A DNA stretch of 64,000 bases from an uncultured delta proteobacterium. GTDB lineage: Bacteria > Desulfobacterota > Desulfomonilia > UBA1062. Position numbers and translations under genes: made by a program. Shown in pieces: positions 20,234-31,294 of the stretch. The stretch spans positions 32,001 through 96,000 of the forward strand of contig CAWCTR010000009.1 of the NCBI GenBank assembly GCA_963798485.1, in the 5' to 3' direction. The notes below the pieces were generated by a model. It saw only the letters and a program-made list of their open reading frames with translations, ran no database searches and had not been told where the DNA came from. Each line of letters starts with the position of its first letter. Positions within the stretch are counted from its first letter, which is position 1.

Positions 20234-20596
20234 TCAGCTCCTTCCGAAATCATCTTCAAGGCGGACTATGTCGTCTTCGCCAAAGTACTCGCCCTGCTGG
20301 ACCTCTATAAATACCAGCGGCGTATCTCCTATATTCTCGATGCGGTGCTGCGCCCTTAAGGGGATATCAATGGAATCATTTGCGGCAAGCTTCACCTGTC
20401 TTCCATCTACGGAAACAAGCCCGCACCCGGAAACCACTACCCAGTGCTCGCTGCGCCTTTGATGATACTGGAGGCTCAGGCGCTTACCAGGCCGGACAGT
20501 GATCCGCTTGACCTTGTGGTCCTTCCGGTCATCCGAGAGCACCTCATAAAAGCCCCATGGCCTATGCTCTTCTTTCTTATGATTCTCCATGGTCAT
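20234..20596 (-). CDS. Mannose-6-phosphate isomerase type II C-terminal cupin protein
   Basis: RPWGFYEVL, KVKRITV, LSLQYHQRRSEHW, GEDDIVRLEDDFGR. Confidence 0.92.
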   Translation of the reverse strand: MTMENHKKEEHRPWGFYEVLSDDRKDHKVKRITVRPGKRLSLQYHQRRSEHWVVVSGCGLVSVDGRQVKLAANDSIDIPLRAQHRIENIGDTPLVFIEVQQGEYFGEDDIVRLEDDFGRS

Positions 20597-20641
20597 ACCC
20601 TTGTGGCGCACGATAGCGTCAGGCAGTGTTGTGATCAAGAA

Positions 20642-20674
20642 AAAAGAGGGGGTGCCTTGTGCACCCCCTCTTTT
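20642..20674. terminator. Intrinsic terminator
   Basis: AAAAGAGGGGGTGC-N5-GCACCCCCTCTTTT perfect stem after the Fe-S gene stop. Confidence 0.8.
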
Positions 20675-20707
20675 GTGAGATTCAGGGTTGGAACTGTTTG
20701 TTGAAAG

Positions 20708-22858
20708 TTAAGCCTCGCCCTCTTGGGCCTTCTTGCCCTTGAGATCGATGCCCGCGGCCCTGGCCACCAGGGTCGCGATATCCGCCGATTGGAGCTTTTC
20801 GCTGAGCTCCAGCTCCTTGATACCATCGCTCAGCATGGTGAAACAGAACGGGCATGCAGTGCATATCGTCTTTGCACCGGCATCCAGGGCCTCGTTGGTC
20901 CTCTTCTGGTTGATCCTTGTGCCCAGGTCCTCCTCCATCCACATCCTGCCTCCGCCTGCGCCGCAGCAGAAGCTCTTCTCATGGTGGCTCTTCATCTCCA
21001 CCATGGGGCTCGAGCTGATGGCCTTGAGGATGTCGCGCGGCTGGTCGTAGACCTTGTTGTAACGGCCCAGATAGCAGGAGTCGTGATAGGTAATGGTGCC
21101 GAGGTCGCTGATGCGTTCTTTGATCTTGATCTTGCCGCTCTTGATGAGCGTATCGAGGATCTCCGTATAGTGATAGACCTCGAAATTGCCGCCGAGCTCT
21201 TTATAGTCGTACTTCAGGGTATTGAAACCATGGGGGCACAGGGTGATGATCTTGCTCACGTTATAGCCCTTGAAGGTTTCGATGTTGGCCATGGCCAGGG
21301 CCTGATAGATATACTCGTTTCCGAGCTTCTTGGCCGAGTCTCCGCAGCAGCCCTCCTCGGTGCCGAGGATTGCATAGTCGAGCCCTGCCGCTTCAAAGAT
21401 CTTAGCCAATGAGACTGCCACACGCTTGTTCAGGTCATCGAATGCGCCTGCGCAGCCCACATAGAAGAGGTACTCGGCGCTGCCCTTCTCGGAAAGCAAC
21501 GGGATCCCGAGGTCTTTGGCCCAATCGGCGCGGGTATGGGCGCCGATGCTCCACGGGTTGGAGTTATTCTCCATGCCCTTGAATACACCCATAAGCTCGG
21601 GGGCGAAGTCGGACTCCATCATGACCATGTAACGCCTGAGCTCAATGAGCTTCGGGAACTGGAGAAGATAACACGGACAGGCCTCGACGCAGGCCATACA
21701 GGTGGTACAGGCCCAGGCGGTTTCCTTTTCGATACAGTCGCCAATGAGCTTGGGACCGGTATATTCCTCATCCGGTATGATGCGGTAGCTGCCGTCGGCA
21801 TCGATTGCGAACTTGGCCTTCTCTTCGAGATAGGTCCTGATATTCTGGATGACGTCCCTCGGTTTCAAAGGCTTGTCGGTATTGAATGCAGGACAAACCT
21901 CCACACACCTTCCGCACCTGATGCAAGCCTCTTGGTCGAACAGGTCTTTCCACGAGTATTCCTCAACGTTGTGAATGCCGAAGGTCTCGGCGCACTCGAA
22001 CATCTCAGGCGGCATGACCCTGATGGGGGGCACATCGGCGGTTGAACGGAGAAATATGTTCGCCGGCGTCATGAAGATGTGCAGGAGCTTGGTATAACCG
22101 ATATAGACGAAGAAGGTGAGCGCCATGAGCACATGGACCCACCAGAGCAGATAATGGGTTCCCCTGATAGCATGTTCGCTCGTACCCGAGAAGAGATATG
22201 CAACGATCCTGCCTCCCGGAGAGAACCACACATATTTATACATGATGCTCGTGGGGTTCAGCTCAACGGCTTGCATCCTCAGGCCTTCTATGAAGAATCC
22301 CGTCACCAGGATGGCAAGGATGAACCACAGGGTGATGTTATCCTCGGGCTTCTGGTCAAGCCAGTTCGGCTTCATCACGTATCTCCGGTACAACGCCATG
22401 AGGATACCGACAATGGCGAGCATGCCGAATACATTGGCAAAGAGCTTCATGATGAGGTAGAACTTCCCCTTCATAAACCAGATGCCGGTAATAGGAAAGA
22501 AGATGTCCGCCTGGAAGAACACGATGGCGGTCGTGATGGTCAGCGCTATGAACCCATAGAAGATGAACAAATGGAATATGCCCTGATAGGGTTCCCTAAG
22601 GATCTTCCTATGTCCGAATACATCACCGAATGCGAACCAGAACCGGCCCCACAGGTCATCGAGCCTGTTACTCTCCGTGCCGGTGGCCTTCATCATCACC
22701 TTCACTCGTGTCCAGAACCCTCCCTTGTAAAGAGCCCTGCCTAACAGCACGAATGACGTAAGGGCTAATATATAGAGGATAATCTGTTCCGTATAGGAAC
22801 CAGGACTTAAGATGTTCCAAAAGACTTCTCTGGTAATTTCTCCCTTTGGACCGTGCAT
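20708..22858 (-). CDS. Membrane Fe-S oxidoreductase (NarI-like TM + 2x4Fe-4S + CCG domains; DUF224/EMO/FadF family), ETF partner
   Basis: His-containing TM helices, CIRCGRCVEVC, CTTCMACVEAC, GCCG, YHDSCYLGR, CCGAGGG. Directly downstream of etfBA. Confidence 0.9.
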   Translation of the reverse strand: MHGPKGEITREVFWNILSPGSYTEQIILYILALTSFVLLGRALYKGGFWTRVKVMMKATGTESNRLDDLWGRFWFAFGDVFGHRKILREPYQGIFHLFIFYGFIALTITTAIVFFQADIFFPITGIWFMKGKFYLIMKLFANVFGMLAIVGILMALYRRYVMKPNWLDQKPEDNITLWFILAILVTGFFIEGLRMQAVELNPTSIMYKYVWFSPGGRIVAYLFSGTSEHAIRGTHYLLWWVHVLMALTFFVYIGYTKLLHIFMTPANIFLRSTADVPPIRVMPPEMFECAETFGIHNVEEYSWKDLFDQEACIRCGRCVEVCPAFNTDKPLKPRDVIQNIRTYLEEKAKFAIDADGSYRIIPDEEYTGPKLIGDCIEKETAWACTTCMACVEACPCYLLQFPKLIELRRYMVMMESDFAPELMGVFKGMENNSNPWSIGAHTRADWAKDLGIPLLSEKGSAEYLFYVGCAGAFDDLNKRVAVSLAKIFEAAGLDYAILGTEEGCCGDSAKKLGNEYIYQALAMANIETFKGYNVSKIITLCPHGFNTLKYDYKELGGNFEVYHYTEILDTLIKSGKIKIKERISDLGTITYHDSCYLGRYNKVYDQPRDILKAISSSPMVEMKSHHEKSFCCGAGGGRMWMEEDLGTRINQKRTNEALDAGAKTICTACPFCFTMLSDGIKELELSEKLQSADIATLVARAAGIDLKGKKAQEGEA

Positions 22859-22890
22859 AGCCCCCCCCTGAATCTTAAATTATATACGTC

Positions 22891-22921
22891 AAGGGGCGGA
22901 CGATATCGCCCGCCCCTTTTT
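22891..22921. terminator. Intrinsic terminator/hairpin after etfA
   Basis: AAGGGGCGG...CCGCCCCTTTT stem-loop. Confidence 0.65.
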
Positions 22922-22929
22922 GCTTTGTG

Positions 22930-23898
22930 TTAACCTTTTATCTTCTTGACTTCGTCGATGAGCGCCGGGACGACATTGAAGAGGTCATCCACTACACCGT
23001 AGTCGGCCTTCGTGAAGATAGGCGCCTCGGCATCCTTGTTGATGGCAACGATCACCTTGGAGGTACCCATACCGGCCATATGCTGAATGGCCCCGGAGAT
23101 GCCGCAGGCGATGTAAAGGTTCGGGCTTACGGTCTTACCGGTCTGGCCGACCTGGTAGGAATGTCCCCTCCACCCTGCATCGACCGCGGCCCTGGAGGCG
23201 CCGGTGGTGGCAGTGGGGCCGAAGAGGTGCGCGAGGTCTTCGAGCATCTTGTAGTTCTCAGGACCTTTCATACCTCTGCCGCCTGACACAATGATCTCGG
23301 CCTCGGTCTGATCCGGCTCTGTGGTAGCCGCTACCTCAACCGCCTTCACCTTTGCCTTTATCTTGGCTGCATCGAGGCTTACAGCAACCTTCTCGACTGC
23401 TCCTGCCCCTGCGATTTCCTTGGAACCAAGGGCATTCGGCCTGACTGAGACGACCTGGGGGTTGCCCATGGACTCAACCATGGCATAGGCCTTGCCGGCA
23501 TACAATGGTCTCTTGGCGATGATCTTGTCGCCTTCCTTCTTCACGTCAACACAGTCGGAAACGGCGCCCACATTAAGCCTGGCTGCCATCGCCGGAGCAA
23601 AATCCTTGCCCTGTGCGGATGCACTGCAGAAGATTACCGCCGGCTGGACCTTCTGTGCTACCTGGACGAACGCCTGGACAAAGGCCTCGGGGATATAGTT
23701 TTCAAACTCGGGCCCGTCGACCACGTAAATCTTGTCCGCTCCGTACTTTGCAAGCTGCGGAGCCAAAGCCTCTGCGCCCTTGCCGATGACGCATGCGCTG
23801 ACTTCGCCGCCTAATTCCTTGGCCTTGCTGGTTATCTCAAAGGCGCCCTTCTTGATTTCGCCCTTCTGAACTTCCGCGTAAATTAATGTTCCTGGCAT
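22930..23898 (-). CDS. etfA: Electron transfer flavoprotein alpha subunit
   Basis: IVSGGRG, GASRAAVDAGW, QVGQTGK, ACGISGAIQH, AINKD. Confidence 0.97.
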   Translation of the reverse strand: MPGTLIYAEVQKGEIKKGAFEITSKAKELGGEVSACVIGKGAEALAPQLAKYGADKIYVVDGPEFENYIPEAFVQAFVQVAQKVQPAVIFCSASAQGKDFAPAMAARLNVGAVSDCVDVKKEGDKIIAKRPLYAGKAYAMVESMGNPQVVSVRPNALGSKEIAGAGAVEKVAVSLDAAKIKAKVKAVEVAATTEPDQTEAEIIVSGGRGMKGPENYKMLEDLAHLFGPTATTGASRAAVDAGWRGHSYQVGQTGKTVSPNLYIACGISGAIQHMAGMGTSKVIVAINKDAEAPIFTKADYGVVDDLFNVVPALIDEVKKIKG

Positions 23899-23916
23899 GA
23901 TTGTCCCCTCCTCACC

Positions 23917-24693
23917 TTAGATGATCTTCACTTCTTCATGCAAGGCCTTTGCAAGAGCTGCCGCCTTGACCTTTGCATCGTCGCCCGTGATGATCTTGCC
24001 AGCCTGGCGGGCCGGAGGCAAAGACATCTCCTTAACAACCGTCATGGGGCCTGTGCTCACGCCGAGTCCGCCCGCATTCTTCACGTCAACGGGTTTCTTC
24101 TTGGCCTTCATGATGCCGGGCAGTGAAGCGTACCGTGGCTCGTTCAGACCTTTCTGGGCCGACAACACGGCCGGAAGCGGGACATCAAGGACCATCTGGC
24201 CGCCTTCGATCTCTCTGGTTACCGTGGCGCTCTTCTTGTCGGCCGCAACATCCAGCTTGATCACCTGGGTCACCACGGGCAGACCGAGCAGCTCGCCGAG
24301 CATTGCCGGGACCTGGCCGCAGTCGTCATCAATGGCCTGCTTGCCAAGGAACACTGCGTCATAGGTAAGCCCCTTGATGGCTGCCGCCAGGACCTGGGCC
24401 GTTGCATACGGATCGGCCTTGTCGTAGTAAGCGCCGTCATTGATGTGGACTGCATCGTCGGCACCCATAGCCAATGCGGTGCGGATAGACTCGATGGCCC
24501 TGTCGGGACCGAGCGTAACGATGGTCACTTTGCCTGCATTCATCTTCTCCTTCATACGGATTGCCTCTTCAACGGCAAACTCGTCAAAAGAAGAGATGAC
24601 CCACTTGATTCCTTCTGCTGCGATTGTCGTACCTGCTATCTTGATCAATGTCTCGGTATCAGGTACCTGTTTCAAGCAAACAACAGTATTCAC
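23917..24693 (-). CDS. etfB: Electron transfer flavoprotein beta subunit
   Basis: VCLKQVPD, ALAMGAD, GKQAIDDD, NEPRYASL. Confidence 0.97.
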   Translation of the reverse strand: MNTVVCLKQVPDTETLIKIAGTTIAAEGIKWVISSFDEFAVEEAIRMKEKMNAGKVTIVTLGPDRAIESIRTALAMGADDAVHINDGAYYDKADPYATAQVLAAAIKGLTYDAVFLGKQAIDDDCGQVPAMLGELLGLPVVTQVIKLDVAADKKSATVTREIEGGQMVLDVPLPAVLSAQKGLNEPRYASLPGIMKAKKKPVDVKNAGGLGVSTGPMTVVKEMSLPPARQAGKIITGDDAKVKAAALAKALHEEVKII

Positions 24694-24767
24694 AGTAAAC
24701 CTCCTTCCTCTTTGTTTTTATCCTGTAGGCATCTTTAGTTTATGCCCTGTTTCCCTATGAAACCTGC

Positions 24768-26744
24768 TTACCTATCCTTAAAGACCGGCTTGCGTTTGTT
24801 CTGGAAGGCATCGGTCCCTTCCTTGCCGTCATTCGAGATGGTGACCCTCGCGAAGTTTTCCACCTCGATTTCCAGGCCCTCGTCCATGCTGACATCCAGG
24901 CCCGAGCATGCCGCATCAATGGCCGCACTTACCGAGAGCCTGCTCTTGGATGCTATTACCTTGGCCAGGGCCCTGGCCTCGTCCATGAGGCTGCCCTGAG
25001 GGACAACCTTGTTCACAAGGCTTGCCGCCAAGGCCTCGGCAGGTGTTATATGGTTACCGGTAAGGATCATCTCCAGGGCCTTGCCCTTGCCGACGATCCT
25101 CGGCAGCCGTTGGGTTCCGCCAAAGCCCGGCATTATCCCCAGGTTGATCTCGGGTAATCCCAGACGCGCCTTGTCGGAGGCGATGCGCATATGGCAGGCC
25201 ATGGCCAGTTCGAGCCCGCCGCCAAGGCAGAACCCGTTTATCACGCAGATGATGGGCCTTAATGCGCCTTCAATAGTGTTCATCATGAGGTGGCCCTTGT
25301 GCGCATAGTCTTCTACCTGTTGGATGCTCTTTAATCGCTGGATCTCGCCGATATTGGCGCCGGCGACAAAGGCCTTGCCCTTACCGGTGAGCAGGATCAC
25401 GCGGACAGAGTTGTCCGCACATGCGGCCAGCACCATATTCGTAATGTCGTCTATTGTCTTGATGCTCAGCACGTTCATGGGCGGATTCTCAATGGCCATA
25501 ACTGCAACACCGTCCCCATCAACCTCATAGGTGCAGTTTGCAAAGATGCTCTCGCCCTGGGCGAGTTTGTCCAGGATCGCAGGGGCGCTGAAGCGCTCAG
25601 ACCCGTACTCGTCGGCCAACGCACAGAAGATGTCATGGATCGTTGACCAGCCCACCTTCTCTTCGGCAAAGTGGAGCGGGCCCCAGGAGACCTTGGTGGG
25701 GAAGTTGGTGCCGTAGACCATGCCCGTATCGCAATCATGGGCACTTGCCAGACCCTCGGATACTATCAGGAGCGACTCCCTTATCTGCACGGTTAATAGC
25801 CGCTCAGGAGAGAAGGCAAGACCGCTCATGCCGTTCTTCTTCCTCCATGCGGTCAGAAAGGCTTGCGCCTCCTTGGATGGGGCCTTTGTCTTGCCGGAAT
25901 AGTCATAAAAACCTTTGCCCGTCTTCTGGCCGTACATGCCCTTCTTCACCAGGGCCTTCATGAGTTCCGGCGTAGGTGCCCGGCTGCCGAATGACTCTTC
26001 TAATGACTCGGAGGCGTGCAGGCCGACATCGAGGCCCACAAGGTCCCACAGTGCAAAGGGGCCCATGGGCATGCCGAACGCTACCATGGCCTCGTCGATC
26101 TCCTCCATGGTTGCCTCGCCATCCATCAACGAGAGCACTGCCTCGTTCAGATAGGGGATGAGCACGCGGTTCACGGCAAATCCGGGGCCGTTCTTCACCT
26201 TGATGGGAACCTTATCAATGAACAGCGTGAATTCCATCATGGCATTGACGGTCTGGGCAGAGGTATTCTCGTCGTATATTATCTCCAGGAGCTTCATCAC
26301 AGGGACCGGATTGAAGAAGTGCAGCCCTACGAAACGGTCTTTTTTCTTGATCGTGCCGGCAATTTCAGTGAGCGACAATGATGATGTGTTGGTGGCGAGG
26401 ATCGTCCGTTCGGGGCAGAGCTTTTCGAGCTCTGCAAAGATGACCTGCTTGAGTTTCATGACCTCGGGGACGGCCTCAATAACCAGGTCCACCTCGCTCA
26501 TGAATTTCTTGTCGTATTGAACGGAACCCTTAAGGAGATTCTGTCCGGCCTGGGCCTTCTTCGGGTCGAGTTTGCCCTTGGCGACCAGCTTGTCATAGAC
26601 CGCCTTGGATGTGGCAAGGGCCTTGTCCACGAACTTCTGTTCGACGTCCTTGATGAAGCACTCGATGCCCACTGATGAGAGGACATGGGCAATCCCTCCT
26701 CCCATGGCACCACCACCGATTACAGCGGCCTTCTTAATCTGCAT
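24768..26744 (-). CDS. Fused 3-hydroxyacyl-CoA dehydrogenase / enoyl-CoA hydratase (HAD N-terminal, ECH C-terminal)
   Basis: GGGAMGGG, ATNTSSL and HFFNP, then AFVAGA, GGGLELAMAC and PGFGGTQRL. Confidence 0.93.
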   Translation of the reverse strand: MQIKKAAVIGGGAMGGGIAHVLSSVGIECFIKDVEQKFVDKALATSKAVYDKLVAKGKLDPKKAQAGQNLLKGSVQYDKKFMSEVDLVIEAVPEVMKLKQVIFAELEKLCPERTILATNTSSLSLTEIAGTIKKKDRFVGLHFFNPVPVMKLLEIIYDENTSAQTVNAMMEFTLFIDKVPIKVKNGPGFAVNRVLIPYLNEAVLSLMDGEATMEEIDEAMVAFGMPMGPFALWDLVGLDVGLHASESLEESFGSRAPTPELMKALVKKGMYGQKTGKGFYDYSGKTKAPSKEAQAFLTAWRKKNGMSGLAFSPERLLTVQIRESLLIVSEGLASAHDCDTGMVYGTNFPTKVSWGPLHFAEEKVGWSTIHDIFCALADEYGSERFSAPAILDKLAQGESIFANCTYEVDGDGVAVMAIENPPMNVLSIKTIDDITNMVLAACADNSVRVILLTGKGKAFVAGANIGEIQRLKSIQQVEDYAHKGHLMMNTIEGALRPIICVINGFCLGGGLELAMACHMRIASDKARLGLPEINLGIMPGFGGTQRLPRIVGKGKALEMILTGNHITPAEALAASLVNKVVPQGSLMDEARALAKVIASKSRLSVSAAIDAACSGLDVSMDEGLEIEVENFARVTISNDGKEGTDAFQNKRKPVFKDR

Positions 26745-26769
26745 GGCTTGCGAACCTCCTCAAATTGAT

Positions 26770-27360
26770 TCAGTTATTCCCCTTCACCAGTCCGTTGAGG
26801 AAGGAGTTCCCCACCATAATCGCCACTTCATGGACATCGAAACGTTTGCGCTTGGCCGTTACAAGATAGGTAGAAAGCTCATCCAATGAACCAAAGATAA
26901 CCCTGGCGCAAAGCTCGGGCTTAAGCTCGTCCCGAAATACACCCTGCTGCTGGCCCTGGACGACAATGTCTGCAATGATATTGAGATATGCGAGAAAATG
27001 CTTGTTCTTGTATTCCCGCATGAATTTATTCGACTGTCTGAGCTCGACCTGTATAACCTCTGCCAGCGCCCGGTCGGCCTCTACGATGGTGAGATGGTTG
27101 TCACAAAATTTAATGAGCTTCATGCGCGGGTCGTCGATGGCTTCCAGCTCGGTCTTCACGGTCTTGATGATCCTGGTGAGCTCTTCTTCAAACAGCGAGA
27201 TCAGGATATCGTCCTTGTTCTTGAAATAGAGGTATATGGTCCCGTCAGCCACGTGGGCCTCTCGGGCGATTTCGGACACCTTCGAGTTGTAGAAGCCCTC
27301 CATTGCAAAAACCTGTTTCGCAGCATTCAATATCATACGATATTTTTCTTCACCCCTCAT
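26770..27360 (-). CDS. TetR family regulator (Bacillus FadR/YsiA-like)
   Basis: IAREAHVADGTIYLYFKNKDDILISLF. Leads the beta-oxidation/ETF operon. Confidence 0.88.
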   Translation of the reverse strand: MRGEEKYRMILNAAKQVFAMEGFYNSKVSEIAREAHVADGTIYLYFKNKDDILISLFEEELTRIIKTVKTELEAIDDPRMKLIKFCDNHLTIVEADRALAEVIQVELRQSNKFMREYKNKHFLAYLNIIADIVVQGQQQGVFRDELKPELCARVIFGSLDELSTYLVTAKRKRFDVHEVAIMVGNSFLNGLVKGNN

Positions 27361-27446
27361 TTTGACCCTTCCTTATCGCGTATGATCTTCATGGCGTGAT
27401 TGCTTCGTGTAAAAAACGCTATAATTACTTAATGATAAATGTTTTG

Positions 27447-27478
27447 CGAGGGGGCTCAGGCATGTCTGAGCCCCCTCG
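27447..27478. terminator. Hairpin terminator after acs
   Basis: CGAGGGGGCTCAG...CTGAGCCCCCTCG stem. Confidence 0.7.
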
Positions 27479-27492
27479 TACTTTAACTGATC

Positions 27493-29454
<1,962 letters not shown>

Positions 29455-29537
29455 GTAATGCCTCCTTCTTCTAAAGAATATAATTTGCTTGGCATCCGCC
29501 ATTATATATCCAAAGTCATGGTCAAGGTCAAGGAAAA

Positions 29538-29553
29538 ATGAATGATCATTCAT
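29538..29553. promoter_or_regulatory. Perfect 16-bp palindrome, candidate TetR/FadR operator
   Basis: ATGAATGA-TCATTCAT upstream of acs, in a divergent promoter region. Confidence 0.6.
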
Positions 29554-29647
29554 ATCTTGTTCCGACGCCTCTTTACAGTTCCTTTGCCGGTGAGAATAAT
29601 TGTGGTATAATCAATGCCGATCATAGATGTCACAAAAAGGAGTCTGT

Positions 29648-30898
29648 ATGAGAAAGATACTACCGGTTTTGTCTTTCATGGTGTGCCTCTTGGTTCCTGC
29701 CTTGGCCTTCAGCATGGAGGCAACAGTTGAAATAACAGGCCCTCAGGAGCTGACCTCTTTGAAGTCAGGGATAGAAAAGAGTGTGATAACCCGATGCATT
29801 GCCAAGGGGATCGCACTCGATAAATATCAAAAGATCACCATCTCTTTAAGCAAGTTGGGCGATATTATCTCCTATGATGCATTATTAGACACTAAACCCG
29901 CGAGGGCATTTCACAAGGACCTCAAAGACACCTCCGCCCTGTCCGCAACCATCGACGAAATGATCGATGTAATCTTTTTTGAAACCGGAAAGCCCCAGGC
30001 CGCCGAGCAGAAGCCTTCCAAAGCATTGACGGACCAGGAGAGTGCCCCGAAGATCGTGTTACCCTTCATTGCAACATCCATTGCCGCTATCGGGGACAGG
30101 ATATATGTGAGCGATACAAAGACACTCTATGAACTCAAGGGCGAGAAGACATCCCTCCTGTGGAGGGCGCCCGGGAACAATGAGATCCTCAGGATATATC
30201 CCTATGGCGAATCGATCCTTGTTTTGGCTAAGCTCCTGAATGATTGCAGGACATTCATGATCTTAGGGAAAGAGACAAAAGAACGATGGAGTAAGGCGGT
30301 AATTCCGCTGGGCAGTGGCCTGGTCTCTTCAAACCTGAACTTCGACAGGGTATATGGCGACATTCCATACATATGGTCCAAGGCAACTCAGGTGGCCGGA
30401 ACATCACCACAGATCCCGGATGGCCTTGATGTCGTCAGTTCCCTGTCTTCAGAGGCAATGACCGCATCCACAGGCACCAGGATTTTTACCTACAACCCGA
30501 AGGGTACGATGGTGGTCAGCGACGGCAAATCTATACTATGGACCGATGATACCAGTGCCGGAAACGCCCCCCAGTTCATCGAGGACTTGCCCGTAGATCG
30601 CAGCGATTCCGGAGATGAACCCATTATTCGCTACTACCTGAGACCAAGAATGGTTACGATTGGGTCAAAGATCATCACCTTCAGGAACGGCCAGGGTACA
30701 ACCAAGATGATATCAGGGTTGAATCTGTTTGAGTATTCGCAGGTACTTGCATACACCCAAACAGGAGATAATTTCACTAAAGACGAGCTTGCAACCTTCC
30801 CTGATAATTATTGTCCCGATATTGCTGTTATCCAAGGGAAAGTAGCCGCACTTCTCGTGAAAAACAATGTGACCTACGTGCAGTTTCTCGGACTGTAA
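29648..30898 (+). CDS. Exported hypothetical protein
   Basis: Long ORF with signal peptide (…VPALAFS) and RBS AAGGAG. Confidence 0.75.
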   Translation: MRKILPVLSFMVCLLVPALAFSMEATVEITGPQELTSLKSGIEKSVITRCIAKGIALDKYQKITISLSKLGDIISYDALLDTKPARAFHKDLKDTSALSATIDEMIDVIFFETGKPQAAEQKPSKALTDQESAPKIVLPFIATSIAAIGDRIYVSDTKTLYELKGEKTSLLWRAPGNNEILRIYPYGESILVLAKLLNDCRTFMILGKETKERWSKAVIPLGSGLVSSNLNFDRVYGDIPYIWSKATQVAGTSPQIPDGLDVVSSLSSEAMTASTGTRIFTYNPKGTMVVSDGKSILWTDDTSAGNAPQFIEDLPVDRSDSGDEPIIRYYLRPRMVTIGSKIITFRNGQGTTKMISGLNLFEYSQVLAYTQTGDNFTKDELATFPDNYCPDIAVIQGKVAALLVKNNVTYVQFLGL

Positions 30899-30913
30899 CG
30901 GTTAAGAATGCCC

Positions 30914-31094
30914 TTACATGGGCCAGAGGCCCTTTTTCGGCTTCTTACCGGTATCTTTGGATCCGGACTGTTTTGCTGCTTCCTCCTCCAGGTCCGAGTT
31001 CTTAATGGCCATGTCTCGGCTGAAATCAGGGCAGTGGATGCCCGCACCAGGTTTGAATTTCTTATTACAGTCGGCTCTCCATGCACATATGGGG
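30914..31094 (-). CDS. Small Cys-rich hypothetical protein
   Basis: MSDRSLCPICAWRADCNKKF...HCPDFSRD, a possible zinc-binding pattern. Confidence 0.55.
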
Positions 31095-31294
31095 CATAAT
31101 GATCTGTCACTCATGCTGCTAGTAATAAAGGGCATTTGGTACGTTGTCAACGGGAAATGAGGTGCACTGAAAAACCTGAAGTCCATAGAAGATTCATTCT
31201 TTATGGGTTGACAGGTAAACCGGCCTACGTTAGTGGTGATAGGATGGTCATATAGTCATACAAGAGATCAATCAGACAGAAGGAGGTACTTGAA

